A stretch of DNA of 64,000 nucleotides from Vicinamibacterales bacterium (GTDB taxonomy: Bacteria > Acidobacteriota > Vicinamibacteria > Vicinamibacterales > JAMQPK01): the NCBI GenBank assembly GCA_963746535.1, contig CAVVBP010000007.1, forward strand, positions 752,319 through 816,318. The letters are read 5' to 3'. A program made the translations under genes and the position numbers. Under the pieces are notes generated by a model, which was not told the origin of the DNA, ran no database searches, and saw only the letters and a program-made list of their open reading frames with translations. The stretch's first letter is position 1; each line of letters starts with the position of its first letter. Positions 37,646 through 46,747 of this stretch are shown here, one piece after another.

Positions 37646-38668
37646 ATGAAGACTGTTCCACGGACCCTCGTTCTCGTAATGGGCGCAATGATTTTGTGTA
37701 CATTCTCGCTTTCTGCGCAGAACAAGGTCCGGATCATCCAGACCAACAGCGCAGGGGACAACGTCCACATCATCGATCCCGCCACCAACAAGGTCGTGGG
37801 CGAGATCAAGGGCATCGAGGCCGGACACGGCGCCGGCGCCTCGCCCGATGGCACACGCATCTACATCAGCAACGAAGCTGAGAGCACGCTCGATTTCGTC
37901 GATGCCAGAACGTTGAAGGTGTTGACGCGCGTCCCGCTCAGCGCCCACCCGAACAACATGGCTGTCGGCAAGGACGGCAAGCACGTCTACGTCGGGATCA
38001 TTCAGGATCCCGGTGGCGTCGACGTCATCGAGACGGCGACGCACAAGAAGATCAAGAACGTCCCGACCAAGGGCACGATCCACAACGCGTACGTCACACC
38101 AGATGGCAAGTATGCGGTGGCGGGCTCGATTGGCGGCAAGAGCATCAACGTCATCGACGCGGACACGTTGCAGACCGCGTGGACGATGGACATGGACCTT
38201 GGCGTCCGGCCGATGACGTTCAACACGAACCCGGACGGTTCCACAAAGTGGATCTTCGTGCAGGTCAGCGGCTTCAATGGATTCGCGGTCGTCGACTTCG
38301 CGACGCACAAGGAGATCAAGCGGATCAAGAACCCGGACCTTCCGCCAGGGAAGTCGACCGTAACAGCCGGATCCGATCCGTCGCACGGCATGGCCGTCAC
38401 CTCCGACGGCAAGACGCTCGTCGTCTGCAGCCGCTTGAACAACTACCTCTACTCGTACTCGCTGCCGGACTTGAAGCACCTCGGCGGCGCGGAGCTGGGC
38501 GGGAAGGGCGCCGGCTGGGTGACGCTGACGCCCGACGGGAAGACCGCGTACGTCGCGAACCCGGTGACCAACGATGTGTCGGTCGTCGACGTCGCGTCGA
38601 TGAAGGAAACGTCACGAATCAAGGTCGGGTTCGTGCCGAAGCGCAACGCGACCGTGATGCTTCAATAA
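37646..38668 (+). CDS. YVTN-repeat (YncE-like) seven-bladed beta-propeller protein, secreted
   Basis: Repeated ...PDG..xYVxN.....VxVID... blades (SPDGTRIYISNEAESTLDFVD, TPDGKYAVAGS, TPDGKTAYVANPVTNDVSVVD). Confidence 0.8.
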   Translation: MKTVPRTLVLVMGAMILCTFSLSAQNKVRIIQTNSAGDNVHIIDPATNKVVGEIKGIEAGHGAGASPDGTRIYISNEAESTLDFVDARTLKVLTRVPLSAHPNNMAVGKDGKHVYVGIIQDPGGVDVIETATHKKIKNVPTKGTIHNAYVTPDGKYAVAGSIGGKSINVIDADTLQTAWTMDMDLGVRPMTFNTNPDGSTKWIFVQVSGFNGFAVVDFATHKEIKRIKNPDLPPGKSTVTAGSDPSHGMAVTSDGKTLVVCSRLNNYLYSYSLPDLKHLGGAELGGKGAGWVTLTPDGKTAYVANPVTNDVSVVDVASMKETSRIKVGFVPKRNATVMLQ

Positions 38669-38674
38669 GTCGGT

Positions 38675-39973
38675 TCAATCGGTCGAGGGGACTTTCATCC
38701 GCCGTCCTTCGAGTGTGAGGTCCCAACCCAATCCCCGCCTGCGAAGCTCTGACTCATAGACGGACTCGCTGCCAAGCCGCCTGGATACGGAGGTGGAAAC
38801 GACGGTCGCCACGAGCAGCGGCAGGACGATGGGATAGTCGCCAGAGAGCTCGAAGATCATCACGGCCGCCGTCAGCGGAGCGTGAATGCTTGCGGCGGTC
38901 GTGGCGGCCATCCCTACCAGCGCGTAGCTGCCGGCGCTCGCCTGGAACGGCGTCGACAGTGCAATGAGATGTGCCCACAACGTGCCGAGCGCTGCGCCCA
39001 CGAGCAGCATCGGCGTGAAGATCCCACCTGGCACACCAGAGGCGATCGCGCCACTCGTCGCGACCACTTTCGCCACCAGGAGCACGGCAACAGCGCCGAC
39101 CAGCATTCGCTGATCGAGCATCGCATTCAACGGCTCGTAGCCGTTCCCGGCAACGGCTGGCAGCCAGACCGCAATCGCGCCCACGAGGGCGCCTCCCATC
39201 ATGGCGCGCCACGGTTGCGGAGCCGGGTGCCGCTCGAACCAGTTCTCGAATGAGGCGAGGAGCCATTTGAAACCGGATGCGGCCAGTGCCGCGGCCACTC
39301 CGAGCGCCGCAAACGACAGCAACTCCAGATTCGACTCCAGGCCGAACGTTCGCTGACCGTAGATAGGTCCGATGCCAACGATCGCGCGAGTCATGGCCGT
39401 CGCGAGGATCGTCGCACCCGTGGCAGGCAGCAACAGTTCCGGCGCGGCGATGCCCACAATCGTCTCGAGCACGAACAGGACGGCCGCAAACGGCGTGTTG
39501 TAGGCCGCCGCGAAGCCCGCAGCCGTACCAGCGGCGACGAGAATGCGCGTCTGGGTCAGCGATGTGGCCAACATCCGCCCCATGGCTGCGCCAAGTGCGC
39601 CTCCGAACTCGATCAGCGGTCCCTCGCGGCCGATGGACATCCCGCCGGCGATTGCCGCCCAGGAGGACACGACCCGCGACGCCGTCGTGCGAAGGGAAAG
39701 CCGCACGTTTCCCAGAGCGACGGCTTCCATGACGTTGCTGACGCCCTGGGCTGGCGTCGCTCGCAGACGCGCGATCGTCCCCGCGACTCCGGCGCCCGCA
39801 AGCGGCACCAGCAGTCGCAGCCATGGTGGCAGGCCGGCAATCGCGTCGACCACATTGTCTGCGTGATAGACGGTGCGGTAGAGCACGCTCAGGGAGGTGC
39901 GAAAGGCCACGGCGAACGTCGCGGCACCTGCGGCAACCAGAGCCACACTGATCGTGAATCGCCGGGCCGTCAT
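38675..39973 (-). CDS. ClC-family chloride channel/antiporter
   Basis: GREGPLIEFG selectivity motif, GIFTP and multiple TM helices. ATG at 39973 (the ORF track start at 40258 is probably too far upstream). Confidence 0.85.
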   Translation of the reverse strand: MTARRFTISVALVAAGAATFAVAFRTSLSVLYRTVYHADNVVDAIAGLPPWLRLLVPLAGAGVAGTIARLRATPAQGVSNVMEAVALGNVRLSLRTTASRVVSSWAAIAGGMSIGREGPLIEFGGALGAAMGRMLATSLTQTRILVAAGTAAGFAAAYNTPFAAVLFVLETIVGIAAPELLLPATGATILATAMTRAIVGIGPIYGQRTFGLESNLELLSFAALGVAAALAASGFKWLLASFENWFERHPAPQPWRAMMGGALVGAIAVWLPAVAGNGYEPLNAMLDQRMLVGAVAVLLVAKVVATSGAIASGVPGGIFTPMLLVGAALGTLWAHLIALSTPFQASAGSYALVGMAATTAASIHAPLTAAVMIFELSGDYPIVLPLLVATVVSTSVSRRLGSESVYESELRRRGLGWDLTLEGRRMKVPSTD

Positions 39974-40112
39974 CAGTAGGTGAGTGTAGTTGTGTCCGCG
40001 CCCCAGGTGAGGTTTCCCTGCCGCGAGATTTTCCGGTTTTTGCGGGATCCTTCCCAAAACAAGCTGATGCTCTCGTCGAATCCGCCCTGACTTCCCGATC
40101 CTGCTGCGGCCA

Positions 40113-41090
40113 TTGTCTTGCTTTCTTCGAATTAATGTGGCGAATCGAATCACGGTGGCCGCGGGTCTCGCTTCAGTCGTGGCCGTCATGCTGGTGATGC
40201 CATCGCAAGGCTCGGCCCAGGCATTGCAATCTTTCGAGGACCTCGCGCTGAAGGTCAACCTCGAGGACCATCTTCAGGTCGAGGATCAATCAGGAGTCAA
40301 GGCCACCGGCCGCCTCACCCGCCTCACCCGCGATGAGATCGCGATCCAGACCGAGGCCGGCGAGAAAGCTTTCACGCACGACGCCGTTCGCGCGGTGGCC
40401 GTGCGCGGCCACGCGCTCCGCAGGGGCGCACTCATCGGGGCCGCGGTGGTCGCGGTTCTTGGCGCGGTGGCGACCTGCTCGCACGAAGGGACTGCGGGCT
40501 GCGCCATCATTGGACTGCTCGGCGCCGCACCGATCGGCGCAGGCGTCGGACTGGCTATCGGAGCCCTCATTCCTCGGATGCATCCTGTTTATCGCGCGTC
40601 AGACGATCGCTTGTCGATTCAGCCGTCGCGCGCGGCCGTTCAGGCCAGCCTGCTCGAGGACCTTGCGCTTCGGGTCAACCTCGACGACAGGCTCCAGGTT
40701 GACGACGTGTCGGGGGGCAGGACCATTGGTCGTCTGACGCGCCTTACGGCCGATGAAATCGCGCTCCACACCGCGGCCGGCGAGAAGCAGTTCACGCGGG
40801 AGACCGTCCGGCAGGTTGCCGTGCGTCACCGGCCACTCCGCATGGCTGTGCTCATTGGGGCCGGCGCGGGAGCCGCGGCGGGTGCCGTGGCCGCATGCAC
40901 GGGCCAGGACCGCGAAGAATGCGCAGACGCGCCGATCATCGCCGGCGCCTTTGGCGCGGGCCTCGGACTTGGTGTGGGGGCGCTCATACACACGACGACG
41001 GTCGTCTACCCCGAGCCGGGGAAGCGAACATTTGTTGTACCGCTGATATCACGTGGCGCCGTCGGCGTTCGGGTCAGCCGACGCTGGTGA
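40113..41090 (+). CDS. Protein built from two tandem copies of a module of about 150 aa (soluble domain plus Gly-zipper hydrophobic segment)
   Basis: FEDLALKVNLEDHLQVEDQSGVKATGRLTRLTRDEIAIQTEAGEKAFTHDAVRAVAVR... is repeated as LEDLALRVNLDDRLQVDDVSGGRTIGRLTRLTADEIALHTAAGEKQFTRETVRQVAVR.... Start codon uncertain. Confidence 0.6.
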   Translation: MSCFLRINVANRITVAAGLASVVAVMLVMPSQGSAQALQSFEDLALKVNLEDHLQVEDQSGVKATGRLTRLTRDEIAIQTEAGEKAFTHDAVRAVAVRGHALRRGALIGAAVVAVLGAVATCSHEGTAGCAIIGLLGAAPIGAGVGLAIGALIPRMHPVYRASDDRLSIQPSRAAVQASLLEDLALRVNLDDRLQVDDVSGGRTIGRLTRLTADEIALHTAAGEKQFTRETVRQVAVRHRPLRMAVLIGAGAGAAAGAVAACTGQDREECADAPIIAGAFGAGLGLGVGALIHTTTVVYPEPGKRTFVVPLISRGAVGVRVSRRW

Positions 41091-41130
41091 TGGCAGTCAT
41101 CGTGGATACTTTGAACATGGGAGGCCGAAC

Positions 41131-41613
41131 ATGAAGGGCAATAAACAACTGCTGATGGTCCTGAATCAACTCCTGGCGGACGAACTCACCGCCATCAGCC
41201 AGTACATGGTGCACTCAGAGATGTGCGACAACTGGGGCTACGACAAGCTGCACAAGGCCATCGAGCGCCAGGCGAAGGACGAAATGCACCATGCCGAGTG
41301 GCTCATCCGCCGCATCATCTTCCTGGAGGGGACGCCGGTGATCTCGAAGCTGAATCCCATCAAGATCGGACAGACCGTCGCGGACATGGTGGGCAACGAT
41401 CAGAGGGCTGAACTCGAGGCTGTGCGCGCCTACAACAAGGCAATCGCCATGGCGCGCGATGCTGGCGACCAGGCGACGGGGGACTTGCTGCTGCAGATCC
41501 TCAAGATGGAAGAGGGCCACGCGGACTGGGCAGAGATGCAGCGCGCCCAGATCGAACAGATGGGGCTGCAGAATTACCTGGCCAATCAAACCGCCGGCGC
41601 GAGCCAGCCTTGA
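41131..41613 (+). CDS. bfr: Bacterioferritin
   Basis: RBS GGGAGG. MKGNKQLLMVLNQLLADELTAISQYMVHSEMCDNWGY...EMHHAEWLIRRIIFLEG...EEGHADW: ferroxidase-site residues and the haem-ligand Met context. Confidence 0.9.
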   Translation: MKGNKQLLMVLNQLLADELTAISQYMVHSEMCDNWGYDKLHKAIERQAKDEMHHAEWLIRRIIFLEGTPVISKLNPIKIGQTVADMVGNDQRAELEAVRAYNKAIAMARDAGDQATGDLLLQILKMEEGHADWAEMQRAQIEQMGLQNYLANQTAGASQP

Positions 41614-41640
41614 AGGCACGAATGCGATGCGAGAGCTGGA

Positions 41641-42324
41641 TTAGCGATCGTTCGTCTCTTTGCGAAACACGACGAAGTGCTGTCGTGGAAGGAAATCGTG
41701 CCTGGCGTCGAGCCGGTAACCTGCCTGCTTCATCTCACCGATGATGTGATCGGCTTCGAAGCGGAACTCGGGCGGCGGGCCTTCCGGTGAGTCCTTCCGG
41801 AAGTCGATGATCGCCACCCGTCCTCCCGCTGTCAGGGACTTCGCCAGCTCGCGGAAGTACGTCGGACGACTCGGGAGGTGGTGGTAGGTGTCAACGACGA
41901 GAACAAGATCGACCGGCTTCGGCAGGTTCGGGCTCGTCCCACTGGCCTGCACGGTGATCAGGTTCGAAAGCCGGTCGCCAATCGCGCGCTTCCGAATGTG
42001 TTCGAGCATGGACGGCTCGACGTCGACGGCATAGACGGTTCCACGGGGGACCGCCTTTGCCAGTCGCACGCTGAAATATCCCGTGCCGGCGCCGATATCC
42101 GCGACCGACGCGTTGGGCGACAACTTCAGCGTCTCGATGACGCGGGTCGGCATCTGCCAGCTGTCTCGTGCCGGGTCGTCGAAGGATTTTGCGTACCGCT
42201 CCGGGTCGTCGAAGCGGTGCTCCATATGGTCGGGCTTGCTCTGTGGCTGGTGCTCTTGCGCCGCGACGGCCAGTCCGAGGCACCCGAACGCGACGATTGC
42301 AAGCGGAAACGGCCGGTTCCTCAT
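41641..42324 (-). CDS. Class I SAM-dependent methyltransferase with N-terminal signal-peptide-like segment
   Basis: VADIGAGTGYFSVRLA (motif I) ...VYAVDVEP.... N-terminus MRNRPFPLAIVAFGCLGLAVAAQE. Confidence 0.8.
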   Translation of the reverse strand: MRNRPFPLAIVAFGCLGLAVAAQEHQPQSKPDHMEHRFDDPERYAKSFDDPARDSWQMPTRVIETLKLSPNASVADIGAGTGYFSVRLAKAVPRGTVYAVDVEPSMLEHIRKRAIGDRLSNLITVQASGTSPNLPKPVDLVLVVDTYHHLPSRPTYFRELAKSLTAGGRVAIIDFRKDSPEGPPPEFRFEADHIIGEMKQAGYRLDARHDFLPRQHFVVFRKETNDR

Positions 42325-42418
42325 CGCTGTCCTCCCGGAAAGGTATCGTGGGATTCTCTCATCAATGATGACGTCGAGACAATGGCGCCAATCAGGCCGA
42401 GCGACGACACGGCTGGAT

Positions 42419-42448
42419 GGAATAAAACCGTGGTTCAGGTGTTCTGAT
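42419..42448 (+). promoter_or_regulatory. Candidate ECF-type promoter (GGAAT-N19-TCTGA)
   Basis: GGAATAA at 42419-42425 and TCTGAT at 42443-42448, just upstream of the ECF sigma gene. Resembles the RpoE-type GGAACTT-N16-TCTGA but with a spacer 1 nt longer. Confidence 0.3.
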
Positions 42449-42483
42449 AAGTGTCGAAGACGGCCCGGCCATTCGATTCGAAG

Positions 42484-43107
42484 ATGGACGGCGTTTTGTG
42501 GCTACACTCTGACGCGGCCAGCGTGCCAATCCGCAACCAAAGCTCACGGCGGCAGCAGCGCGCGCTCGATCGCGAGGCGTTTCGCACCGAAACGCTCGCG
42601 CTCTTCGGAAGCGTGTCCCGCGTCGCGCGCCGGCTGACCAGAAGTGCGGCCGACGCGGAAGACCTGACGCAGGAGACGTTCGTCCGCGCGCTCGGCGCCT
42701 CCCGCCGCTTCCAGTTGGGCACGAACGTGAAGTCATGGCTGTTCACGATTCTGCGTAACATCAATCGCAACCGGACGCGCGATCGCACGCGCGCGATGGT
42801 GGTGGCAGACGGCGAAGCGGTGGAACGGTTCGCTGCCGCCGCTGCTTCGAGCGACACCCCGGAGGCCCGGCTCATCCGGAACGCTGAGAGTCGTGACTTG
42901 CGGGCGGCCCTCGACTCGCTGCCGCCCGCCCTCCGGCAGACGGTGTGGCTCCGCGACATCGAGGAGCTGCCGTATGCAGAGATCGCCAGGCGTCAGAACA
43001 TTCCGATCGGCACCGTCATGTCCCGGTTGTCACGGGCACGTGAGCTCCTGTCTCGCCGCATGATGGAGCGAGCGAATGCCGGTCGCGTGGGAGGAACAAC
43101 GACATGA
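42484..43107 (+). CDS. ECF (group IV) sigma-70 family sigma factor
   Basis: AEDLTQETFVRAL (region 2) and LPYAEIARRQNIPIGTVMSRLSRAR (region 4 HTH). The ORF opens at GTG 42451; ATG 42484 is preferred if the candidate promoter is real. Confidence 0.85.
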   Translation: MDGVLWLHSDAASVPIRNQSSRRQQRALDREAFRTETLALFGSVSRVARRLTRSAADAEDLTQETFVRALGASRRFQLGTNVKSWLFTILRNINRNRTRDRTRAMVVADGEAVERFAAAAASSDTPEARLIRNAESRDLRAALDSLPPALRQTVWLRDIEELPYAEIARRQNIPIGTVMSRLSRARELLSRRMMERANAGRVGGTTT

Positions 43108-44270
43108 GAACGATCCAATGCTGGCGGCTTCGGTCGGTGTTGACGGCCTACGTTGACGACGAAGTGTCCGCAGGCGAGCGGCTGCGCATCGAGAGCCATC
43201 TCGAGCGATGTGACGCGTGCCGTCATCGCGTCAGCCGCGAACGGGCCGTGCGGCAGCGGCTGCGGCGCTGGTCGACCGAGATGCGAGGCGTGGGCCAGCC
43301 ATTAACGTGGCCAGCAGTCGCCCAAACGCCTTCCCATCACCGCATCCGTGCCCTGACTCGAATCGTGGCGGCGTCCGCCGCGGCGATTGCGCTGGTGTTC
43401 GCAGCATGGAGTCGCTGGCCAGACGGTGCCGTGGCGTTTGCCGCGCATGGTCAGATCACCGATAGCCGGTGTGCGAGCGGCCATGCGCACAGCGGGCCGG
43501 CGCTCAGGGACATCAGTGGCGGAGACTGCGTGCGACGTTGTGTCGCGATGGGGGCTCACTACGTGTTCGTCTCCCAGGGCGTCGTCTATCCGATTCGCAA
43601 TCAGGATTTCGTGGATCTGACCCACGTGGCCGGGCAGGACGTGCAGCTCGAGGGCGAGGTGCGCCAGAACGTGCTGACGGTGTCGCAGGTGCGTCCGCTC
43701 TCTGCCCGATCTGGACAACTGTTCCTATTCAAGACAAGCGAGGACGTCATGATTAAAGTTCGTCTGCTCGTGCTGCTGGCGGCCGCCGGCGTGGTGGTTC
43801 CGGTCGTTGGTGCCCAGCGGGAGACGCCGCCCGCGGGTGTGGCCAACTACACGCGTGTCGATGCCACCGTGGCATGTGCCGGGGCGACGCCGGTTCAGGC
43901 GCTCCCCGAATTGAAAAAGAGCGGCTTCGCATCCGTCATCAACTTCCGGATGGCGCAGGAACAGGGAGCCAACATCGACGAGTCAAAGGCGGCGGCGGCA
44001 CAAGTCGGCTTGAAATACATTCACTTGCCCTTCCAGACCCCGACGCCTGAGATCGCCGCGGCGTTCCTCAAGGCGGTCGCAGATCCGTCGAACCAGCCGG
44101 TCTACATTCATTGCGGCTCGGCAAATCGTGTCGGGGCGATGTGGTTCATCAAGCGCGTCAAGATCGACGGCTGGGACGTCGACCGCGCCATGAAGGAAGC
44201 GGAAGCGATCGGCTTGAGGGCGCCTGGCTTGAAGGAGTTCGCGTTGAACTACGTGAGCTCGACACGCTGA
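43104..44270 (+). CDS. Anti-sigma factor (zf-HC2, one TM) in an uninterrupted frame with a signal-peptide-bearing DUF442/PTP-like phosphatase module
   Basis: ATGA overlap with the sigma gene. CWRLRSVLTAYVDDEVSAGERLRIESHLERCDACRHRV, then TM AASAAAIALVFAAW. An internal ATG at 43749 (own GAGGA RBS) begins MIKVRLLVLLAAAGVVVPVVGAQ, followed by ...VYIHCGSANRVGAMW. Confidence 0.6.
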   Translation: MRTIQCWRLRSVLTAYVDDEVSAGERLRIESHLERCDACRHRVSRERAVRQRLRRWSTEMRGVGQPLTWPAVAQTPSHHRIRALTRIVAASAAAIALVFAAWSRWPDGAVAFAAHGQITDSRCASGHAHSGPALRDISGGDCVRRCVAMGAHYVFVSQGVVYPIRNQDFVDLTHVAGQDVQLEGEVRQNVLTVSQVRPLSARSGQLFLFKTSEDVMIKVRLLVLLAAAGVVVPVVGAQRETPPAGVANYTRVDATVACAGATPVQALPELKKSGFASVINFRMAQEQGANIDESKAAAAQVGLKYIHLPFQTPTPEIAAAFLKAVADPSNQPVYIHCGSANRVGAMWFIKRVKIDGWDVDRAMKEAEAIGLRAPGLKEFALNYVSSTR

Positions 44271-46477
44271 TGGGGCGGACACTCCTGACGTGTCGCCTGT
44301 CGATTGCAGCCGTGTGCGTGTGTGTCGCTACACCCCTGTCGGCCCAGGTGCACCAGCACGGACCCGGCGCGCGCGAGCAATATCAGGTGGAGCCCACACC
44401 AACGGCGCAAGCGCCGACCATCGACGGCGCGCTCGATGACCCGGCCTGGCAGACGGCGGCGTTGATCGAGACGTTCACGCAGCAGGAGCCAGCGGAGGGC
44501 GAGCCGGCAACGGAACGGACAGAGGTGCGGCTCCTCTATGATGCGCATGCCCTGTACATCGGCGTGCACGCGTACGACTCGAATCCGGACGCCGTGATCG
44601 CGACCGAGATGCGACGCGATTCGCCGCGGCTGCTGGAGGAGGACAACTTCCAGGTCATCTTCGATACCTTCCGCGATTCGCGGTCCGGCTACATGTTTCT
44701 CACCAGTCCGCTCGGCGCAAAGCTCGAGCAGCAGGTGTTCGAGGAGGGCGGCGGCAATGCCCGAGGGTCGGCCTCGAACATCAACCGGGACTGGAACGGG
44801 GTGTGGTCGGCGGCCGCACGCCGTACGAGCGACGGCTGGACCGCCGAGATCATGATTCCAACGGTGACGCTCCGCTCTCCTGACGCGGAGTCGCAACTGT
44901 GGGGCATCAACTTCATGCGGAACATCGGCCGGAAGAACGAGCAGGTCTTCTGGGCGCCCATTCCCAAGCCGTACGGCCTGACACAGGTGAGCCTGGCCGG
45001 CACCCTGTCTGGCATGAGGAACCTCTCGCGAGGCCTCGACCTCCGCGTCAAGCCCTTTGTCGTGGCAGGAGGGCGGCGCGACCGCATCGGCACGGGCGTT
45101 CGACGCGACGTCCTGAGAGAGATCGGCCTCGACATGAAGTACGGCGTGGCATCGGGGCTCGCGCTGGACGTGACGGTCAACACCGACTTCGCGCAGTCGG
45201 AAGTGGACGAGCAGCAGGTGAATCTCACCCGGTTTGCGCTGTTCTTTCCGGAGAAGCGGGACTTCTTCCTCGAGAATTCCGGTCAGTTCACCATCAGCAA
45301 CCAGGGGACGGACCGCCTGATGGACCTGTTCTTCAGCCGGCGAATCGGGCTCTCGGATGCCGGACTGCCGATCCCGATTGTCGGCGGCACGCGCCTGTCC
45401 GGCAAAGTGGCCGGGAACAACATCGCGCTGATGAACATTCAGACCGCCTCGTTTCTCGGCCGGCCCAGCGAGAACTTCATGGTGGCGCGCTACAGCAAGG
45501 ATCTGTTCGGGCGCTCGAAGCTGGGTGGCATGGTCGTCAACAAAGAGGCGATGGACAGCACGCACTTCAACAGGACGTTCGTGGTCGACTCGGTGCTGGC
45601 GCCGACCACCAGCCTCAACTTTCACACGTTCCTCGCCCGGACCTCCTCGCCGGGCGTCAGCGACGGGCAGATGGCCTTTCACACGCGGGCCGTGTTGCTG
45701 AACACCAAGTGGAATACCTACGCCGAATACACGGACATCCAGGACCACTTCAATGCCGAAGTCGGCTTCGTCCCGCGCGTCGGCATCCGCACGACGAAGG
45801 TGCATGTCGAGCGAAATCCCCGACCCGGGAACTGGATCAGGGTAATGGAGCCGATGGTCAACCTGACTTACACGACCGACCAGGACAACCGGCTGCTCAC
45901 CCGCCGAATCCACAACATGCTCGGCACCCGGCTCAGCAACGGGGCGTACATCAACGTCTGGTACAACAACTGGTTCGACCAGGTCGATCGCCCGTTCACG
46001 CTCCAGAACCTCGTCACGATTCCAGTGGGCACATACCGGTTCGGCGAATGGAACTTCTCGTTCAGCAGCAATCCGTCCCGCCGGCTCTACGGCGCCATCA
46101 CGTACAAGCCGCAGACCTTTTATGACGGCACGAGAACAGACCTGAACACGACGCTCGGGCTGCGCGCGTCGAGCCGCGTGTCCACCGAGCTCTCGATGCA
46201 GCAGAACGACGTCGACCTGCCGTGGGGCAGCTTCGTCGTCAACCTGGGCATCCTCAAGATCGACTACGCGCTCTCGCCCCGGATGACGATCCGCACGCTG
46301 TCGCAATACAACTCGTTGACCCGCCAGTTGAGCACCAGCGTGCGGTACAACTTCATTTACAGTCCCGGGAGTGACGTCTATGTCGCCTACGACGAGCTGC
46401 AGGCAGACGAGCTGGGCCGCGCTGAAGTGCGGAACCGCCAGCTGGTCGTCAAGATGACGTACCTCGTGTCGCGTTGA
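44270..46477 (+). CDS. Secreted CBM9-like / DUF5916-type protein
   Basis: TGATG overlap with the previous ORF. Signal peptide. APTIDGALDDPAWQTAALIETFTQQEPAEGEPATERTEVRLLYDAHALYIGVHAYD is typical of this family. Confidence 0.7.
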   Translation: MGRTLLTCRLSIAAVCVCVATPLSAQVHQHGPGAREQYQVEPTPTAQAPTIDGALDDPAWQTAALIETFTQQEPAEGEPATERTEVRLLYDAHALYIGVHAYDSNPDAVIATEMRRDSPRLLEEDNFQVIFDTFRDSRSGYMFLTSPLGAKLEQQVFEEGGGNARGSASNINRDWNGVWSAAARRTSDGWTAEIMIPTVTLRSPDAESQLWGINFMRNIGRKNEQVFWAPIPKPYGLTQVSLAGTLSGMRNLSRGLDLRVKPFVVAGGRRDRIGTGVRRDVLREIGLDMKYGVASGLALDVTVNTDFAQSEVDEQQVNLTRFALFFPEKRDFFLENSGQFTISNQGTDRLMDLFFSRRIGLSDAGLPIPIVGGTRLSGKVAGNNIALMNIQTASFLGRPSENFMVARYSKDLFGRSKLGGMVVNKEAMDSTHFNRTFVVDSVLAPTTSLNFHTFLARTSSPGVSDGQMAFHTRAVLLNTKWNTYAEYTDIQDHFNAEVGFVPRVGIRTTKVHVERNPRPGNWIRVMEPMVNLTYTTDQDNRLLTRRIHNMLGTRLSNGAYINVWYNNWFDQVDRPFTLQNLVTIPVGTYRFGEWNFSFSSNPSRRLYGAITYKPQTFYDGTRTDLNTTLGLRASSRVSTELSMQQNDVDLPWGSFVVNLGILKIDYALSPRMTIRTLSQYNSLTRQLSTSVRYNFIYSPGSDVYVAYDELQADELGRAEVRNRQLVVKMTYLVSR

Positions 46478-46747
46478 TGAGATCTCTCGCGTCGCCGGGC
46501 GCTCCTTATACACCTTTGAACGCAGGAAACGAACGGTTCCTCAACCAACGCTCAAGCCAGCGCGCGCGGGATTTGCGCAGGCATCGGGGATTTTTCCCGC
46601 CTGTGCGGGCCCCATCCGGGCACCGACGTCGTCGTTCTGGCGCAATTCGGGCGTTCTGCGTTCCTGGGCCGCCGGAACAGCAGTTGCACAACCTCTCTTG
46701 GGACGTCGAGCACTCTTTCTGGCGCGATTGGCTCTTGGAGTGGCGAT

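Noticed and set aside
44249-46513. 754-aa ORF on the minus strand opposite the DUF5916-like gene. Similar long shadow ORFs occur at 53074-55314 (+, opposite katG), 51261-53129 (-), 17872-19125 (-), 21023-22276 (-), 60876-62186 (+), 252-1544 (-) and 1581-2828 (-).
   Set aside because: Their translations are Arg/Pro/Gly/His-rich and low in complexity, as expected for antisense frames of high-GC genes. In each case the opposite strand encodes a protein with clear family motifs.
46600-46625. Hairpin CCCGC-CTGT-GCGGG preceded by TTTTT in the gap before the DUF302 gene.
   Set aside because: The T-run precedes rather than follows the stem on the plus strand, and on the minus strand the stem is followed by A residues. 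It therefore does not have rho-independent terminator geometry.
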